Origin: an uncultured Eubacteriales bacterium
GTDB lineage: Bacteria; Bacillota; Clostridia; Christensenellales; UBA1242
Direction: 5' to 3'
Length of the DNA: 64,000 nt
Assembly: GCA_900551855.1 (NCBI GenBank)
Contig: URXM01000001.1
Location: forward strand, 125,804-189,803
Shown: in pieces, positions 61,132-64,000 of the stretch
Layout of the letters: every line of letters begins with the position of its first letter
Numbering within the stretch: position 1 is the stretch's first letter
Made by a program: the position numbers and the translations under genes
Notes under the pieces: generated by a model
What the model was told of the DNA's origin: nothing
Databases searched by the model: none
What the model saw: the letters and a program-made list of their open reading frames with translations, nothing else

Positions 61132-63102
61132 ATGGAAGAAAAATTTGAACTTAAATCTAAATATAAACCTGCAGGCGATCAGCCAGAGGCAATAGACAAA
61201 CTTGTCGAAGGTATTGAAGATGGTTTGAAAGATCAAGTATTGTTGGGTGTTACCGGCTCTGGTAAAACTTTTACTATGGCAAATATCATTCAAAGAGTGC
61301 AAAAACCTACATTGGTTATTGCTCACAACAAAACTTTGGCTGCTCAATTATGCAACGAGTTTCGTGAATTTTTTCCAAACAATCGTGTGGAATATTTTGT
61401 TTCATATTATGATTATTATCAGCCAGAAGCATACATAGTTTCAACTGATACTTACATTGAGAAGGATATGAGTGTAAATGAAGATATTGATAAACTTCGT
61501 TCTTCGACAACTTCTTCTCTTTTGGAAAGAAGAGATGTGATTGTTGTTGCTTCTGTTTCTTGCATTTATGGTTTGGGGAGTCCTGAAGAATATCACAATT
61601 TGCATATTTCTTTGCGTGAAGGCGAGGAGTATGACAGAGATGATCTTATAAATCATTTGATATCTATTCAATACACAAGAAATGATATTGATTTCAAAAG
61701 AACAACATTTAGAGTTAAAGGTGATGTTGTTGATATTTTTCCTGCCAACCAAAGCGAAATGGCGATTAGGGTTAGATTTTTTGGCGATGAGATAGAAAAG
61801 ATTTTTGAATTTGATCCTGTGAGTGGAAATTTGCTCAACGAAGTGAGTTATGTTGCAATTTATCCTGCAACGCACTATGCTGTTGGAAGCAACACATTGA
61901 AAAACGCGATTGCAGAAATAGAAAAAGACAGAGAAAAAGCAATCAAAAAATTTGAGGACGAGCACAAACCTATTGAAGCGGAAAGAATTGGTCAGCGTGT
62001 GGCTTACGACATTGAAATGATGAAAGAAGTGGGCTATTGCAGTGGAATAGAAAACTATTCAAGATATTTTGATGGTAGAAAACCAGGAGAACCACCTTTT
62101 ACACTTATTGATTATTTCCCAAAAGACTTTTTGACAATTATTGACGAAAGTCATATGACTTTGCCACAAATTAGGGCAATGTATAATGGCGACAGGGCAA
62201 GGAAGAACTCTTTGGTTGAATATGGTTTCCGTTTGGAAGCGGCAAGAGACAACAGACCATTGAAATTTGATGAGTTTGAGAAAAGATTGAAACAGACTAT
62301 CTATGTTTCTGCAACTCCAGGACCATACGAACTTGAAAAGGCTGGACAGGTTGTTGAACAAGTTATCAGACCTACTGGACTTTTGGATCCTAAAATTGAA
62401 CTTAGACCTATTGAAAATCAAATTGAAGTTTTGATGGAAGAATGCAGAAAAACAATTGCTAGAGGAGCAAGAGTTTTGGTCACCACTTTGACGAAGAAAA
62501 TGGCGGAAAGTTTGACAACATACCTTGCTGACAGAGAGTTTAAAGTCAAATATTTACACTCTGAAATTGACACTATGGAAAGAGTGGAAATTATCAATGG
62601 ACTCAGACAGGGAGAGTTTGACATCTTGGTTGGTATCAATCTTTTGAGAGAAGGACTTGATATGCCAGAAGTTGAATTGGTGTGCATTTTGGATGCAGAT
62701 AAGGAAGGCTTTTTGAGAAGTGAGGGTGCGCTCATTCAAACGATTGGAAGAGCGGCAAGAAATGCAAATGGCAGGGTTATTATGTTTGCTGACACAGTGA
62801 CAAAATCAATGAAAAATGCTATTGATGAAACTGAAAGGCGTAGAAGTTTGCAAGAAGCATACAACAAAGCGCACGGAATTGTCCCTAAAACAATCATTAA
62901 AGAAATCAAAAATACTTTGGATATCAGCAAGAAAGTTAGTGAACATTCTATTGCAAAGAAAGACATTCCAAAGGAAATTGACCGTTTGACTTCTATGATG
63001 AAAATTGCTTCTTCTCAACTTGATTTTGAAAGAGCAATTGAATTGAGAAACAAGATAAATGAATTAAAGAAAAGACTCAACAGAAAGGACAAAATTGAGT
63101 AA
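61132..63102 (+). CDS. uvrB: excinuclease ABC subunit B
   Basis: [15 protein letters not shown], the [10 protein letters not shown] beta-hairpin region, [14 protein letters not shown] and a C-terminal UVR motif ([17 protein letters not shown]). Confidence 0.97.
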   Translation: MEEKFELKSKYKPAGDQPEAIDKLVEGIEDGLKDQVLLGVTGSGKTFTMANIIQRVQKPTLVIAHNKTLAAQLCNEFREFFPNNRVEYFVSYYDYYQPEAYIVSTDTYIEKDMSVNEDIDKLRSSTTSSLLERRDVIVVASVSCIYGLGSPEEYHNLHISLREGEEYDRDDLINHLISIQYTRNDIDFKRTTFRVKGDVVDIFPANQSEMAIRVRFFGDEIEKIFEFDPVSGNLLNEVSYVAIYPATHYAVGSNTLKNAIAEIEKDREKAIKKFEDEHKPIEAERIGQRVAYDIEMMKEVGYCSGIENYSRYFDGRKPGEPPFTLIDYFPKDFLTIIDESHMTLPQIRAMYNGDRARKNSLVEYGFRLEAARDNRPLKFDEFEKRLKQTIYVSATPGPYELEKAGQVVEQVIRPTGLLDPKIELRPIENQIEVLMEECRKTIARGARVLVTTLTKKMAESLTTYLADREFKVKYLHSEIDTMERVEIINGLRQGEFDILVGINLLREGLDMPEVELVCILDADKEGFLRSEGALIQTIGRAARNANGRVIMFADTVTKSMKNAIDETERRRSLQEAYNKAHGIVPKTIIKEIKNTLDISKKVSEHSIAKKDIPKEIDRLTSMMKIASSQLDFERAIELRNKINELKKRLNRKDKIE

Positions 63103-63157
63103 AGGGGTATTGACTTTTGATGACTACTCTGCTAAGATATTTAGCGAGGTGTAAAAA

Positions 63158-63643
63158 ATGAGATTGAGTTTTGCTGATATAAGAACTTTGATACTTGCTA
63201 AAAAAATTAAACCAGTTGTAAAATTGAAAGTTGGTGCTCTTCCTATAAGTCAATTGTGTTATATAGAACCTGTTGATTTGAAAAGACCAGATTATGCTCA
63301 AAATGCAAAAGCGGTTTGCAAGGCAGAAAGACTTGTAAAATTGGCATCTGTGAATATGTATTTCCACGCAGTTGGATATAAAGTTCCATTTAAGCCTACA
63401 ATTGAACAAGTTTTAAATCAAATTCCTGTTGAATATTTGAAAGATGCTGTTGCATTTAGAGTTGAACCTGCGTTTACTATAAACGACTATTTGAATGACT
63501 TGAACTATTTGAAGGGAAAAACAACATTATACAAACTTGCAGACAATGCTGAAGTTCCTGAAAAAGTTAGAAATCAAGATGTTGTTATAAAAGACAGGAA
63601 GATCCGTGCTAAAGACATTGATGAAATTTGTATAGGTTTATAA
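63158..63643 (+). CDS. hypothetical 161-aa protein inserted between uvrB and uvrA
   Basis: A clean ORF with protein-like composition, followed by a terminator. No motif recognised. Confidence 0.5.
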   Translation: MRLSFADIRTLILAKKIKPVVKLKVGALPISQLCYIEPVDLKRPDYAQNAKAVCKAERLVKLASVNMYFHAVGYKVPFKPTIEQVLNQIPVEYLKDAVAFRVEPAFTINDYLNDLNYLKGKTTLYKLADNAEVPEKVRNQDVVIKDRKIRAKDIDEICIGL

Positions 63644-63655
63644 TTTTTTAACATT

Positions 63656-63690
63656 GACAACACAAATTATTATGTTTGTGTTGTTTTTTT
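63656..63690 (+). terminator. rho-independent terminator
   Basis: Stem acaacacaaa / tttgtgttgt followed by a T7 run. Confidence 0.7.
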
Positions 63691-63749
63691 ATAGTTGTTA
63701 AGAGATGAAATTTGTGGTATAATAATATTTAGTATTTAATTGGAGAAAA

Positions 63750-64000
63750 AATGAAGAATTCTATTATCATTAAAGGTGCAAAGGAAAACAACTTAAAAAA
63801 TGTTAGTCTAGAGCTTCCAAGAGACAAATTTATTGTCTTTACAGGTGTCAGTGGTTCTGGTAAGTCTTCCCTTGCGTTTGGAACTATTTTTGCAGAGGGA
63901 CAGAGAAGATATATTGAAAGTTTGTCTTCTTATGCTAGACAGTTTTTGGGTGCAGCACAAAAGCCTGATGTTGAAGTGATTGAAGGTCTTTCTCCTGCCA
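63750..64000 (+). CDS. uvrA: excinuclease ABC subunit A, N-terminal 83 aa (3' end outside the window)
   Basis: [67 protein letters not shown] is the canonical UvrA N-terminus. GGAG RBS. The ORF runs off the window. Confidence 0.95.

Noticed and set aside
1-64000. CRISPR arrays, rRNA genes, prophage structural modules, reverse transcriptase systems (DGR or retron) and an alternative genetic code
   Set aside because: No spaced repeat arrays are present, only 2-copy 10-11-bp repeats. I saw no rRNA-like conserved blocks, capsid, tail or terminase motifs, or reverse transcriptase motifs in any ORF. Long housekeeping ORFs are intact under the standard code, and TGA terminates several well-supported genes.

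Overview
This is a 64-kb chromosomal segment from a very AT-rich bacterium using the standard genetic code (TGA is a stop, e.g. at 16436-16438 and 34797-34799). The lineage looks like a low-GC Gram-positive, Clostridia-like organism: SpoIIID, a SpoVB/MurJ-like flippase, a DUF421/DUF4363 pair, a SpoIIQ-like M23 peptidase and a Bacillus-like tRNA-Glu are all present. The backbone is housekeeping and envelope genes: partial GPH/MFS symporter, comFC, recD2, marR-cysS, P-type ATPase, cca, VanW-like, TVP38, MOP flippase, a degenerate glmU-like gene, pth-mfd, LPG-synthase-TM-like protein, acpP, spoIIID, radC, uvrB and partial uvrA. Three parts are not backbone. (1) An integrative element of about 7.6 kb (about 19.47-27.09 kb) sits between two convergent host genes. 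It is bounded by imperfect ~45-bp inverted repeats that fit attL/attR of its large serine recombinase. It carries an HUH Rep/relaxase-like gene, a sigma-70-like gene and about 1 kb of structured, repeat-bearing non-coding DNA. Its cargo operon is a minimal DnaB-C-like ATPase, a wHTH-WYL regulator and a PD-(D/E)XK nuclease, which I rate the best candidate for an undescribed regulated nuclease or defence module. (2) An islet of about 2.6 kb next to tRNA-Glu(UUC) is flanked by ~65-75-bp direct repeats. (3) A single uninterrupted 19,983-nt gene (39435-59417) encodes a 6,660-aa lipoprotein built from repeated GLUG-like beta-helix modules, with a Gly-rich region and an unknown C-terminal domain. Helically phased A/T tracts precede it and a radC/JAB gene follows 9 nt downstream. 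I found no rRNA, CRISPR array, reverse transcriptase or phage structural genes. All family assignments come from motifs read by eye; no database search was run.
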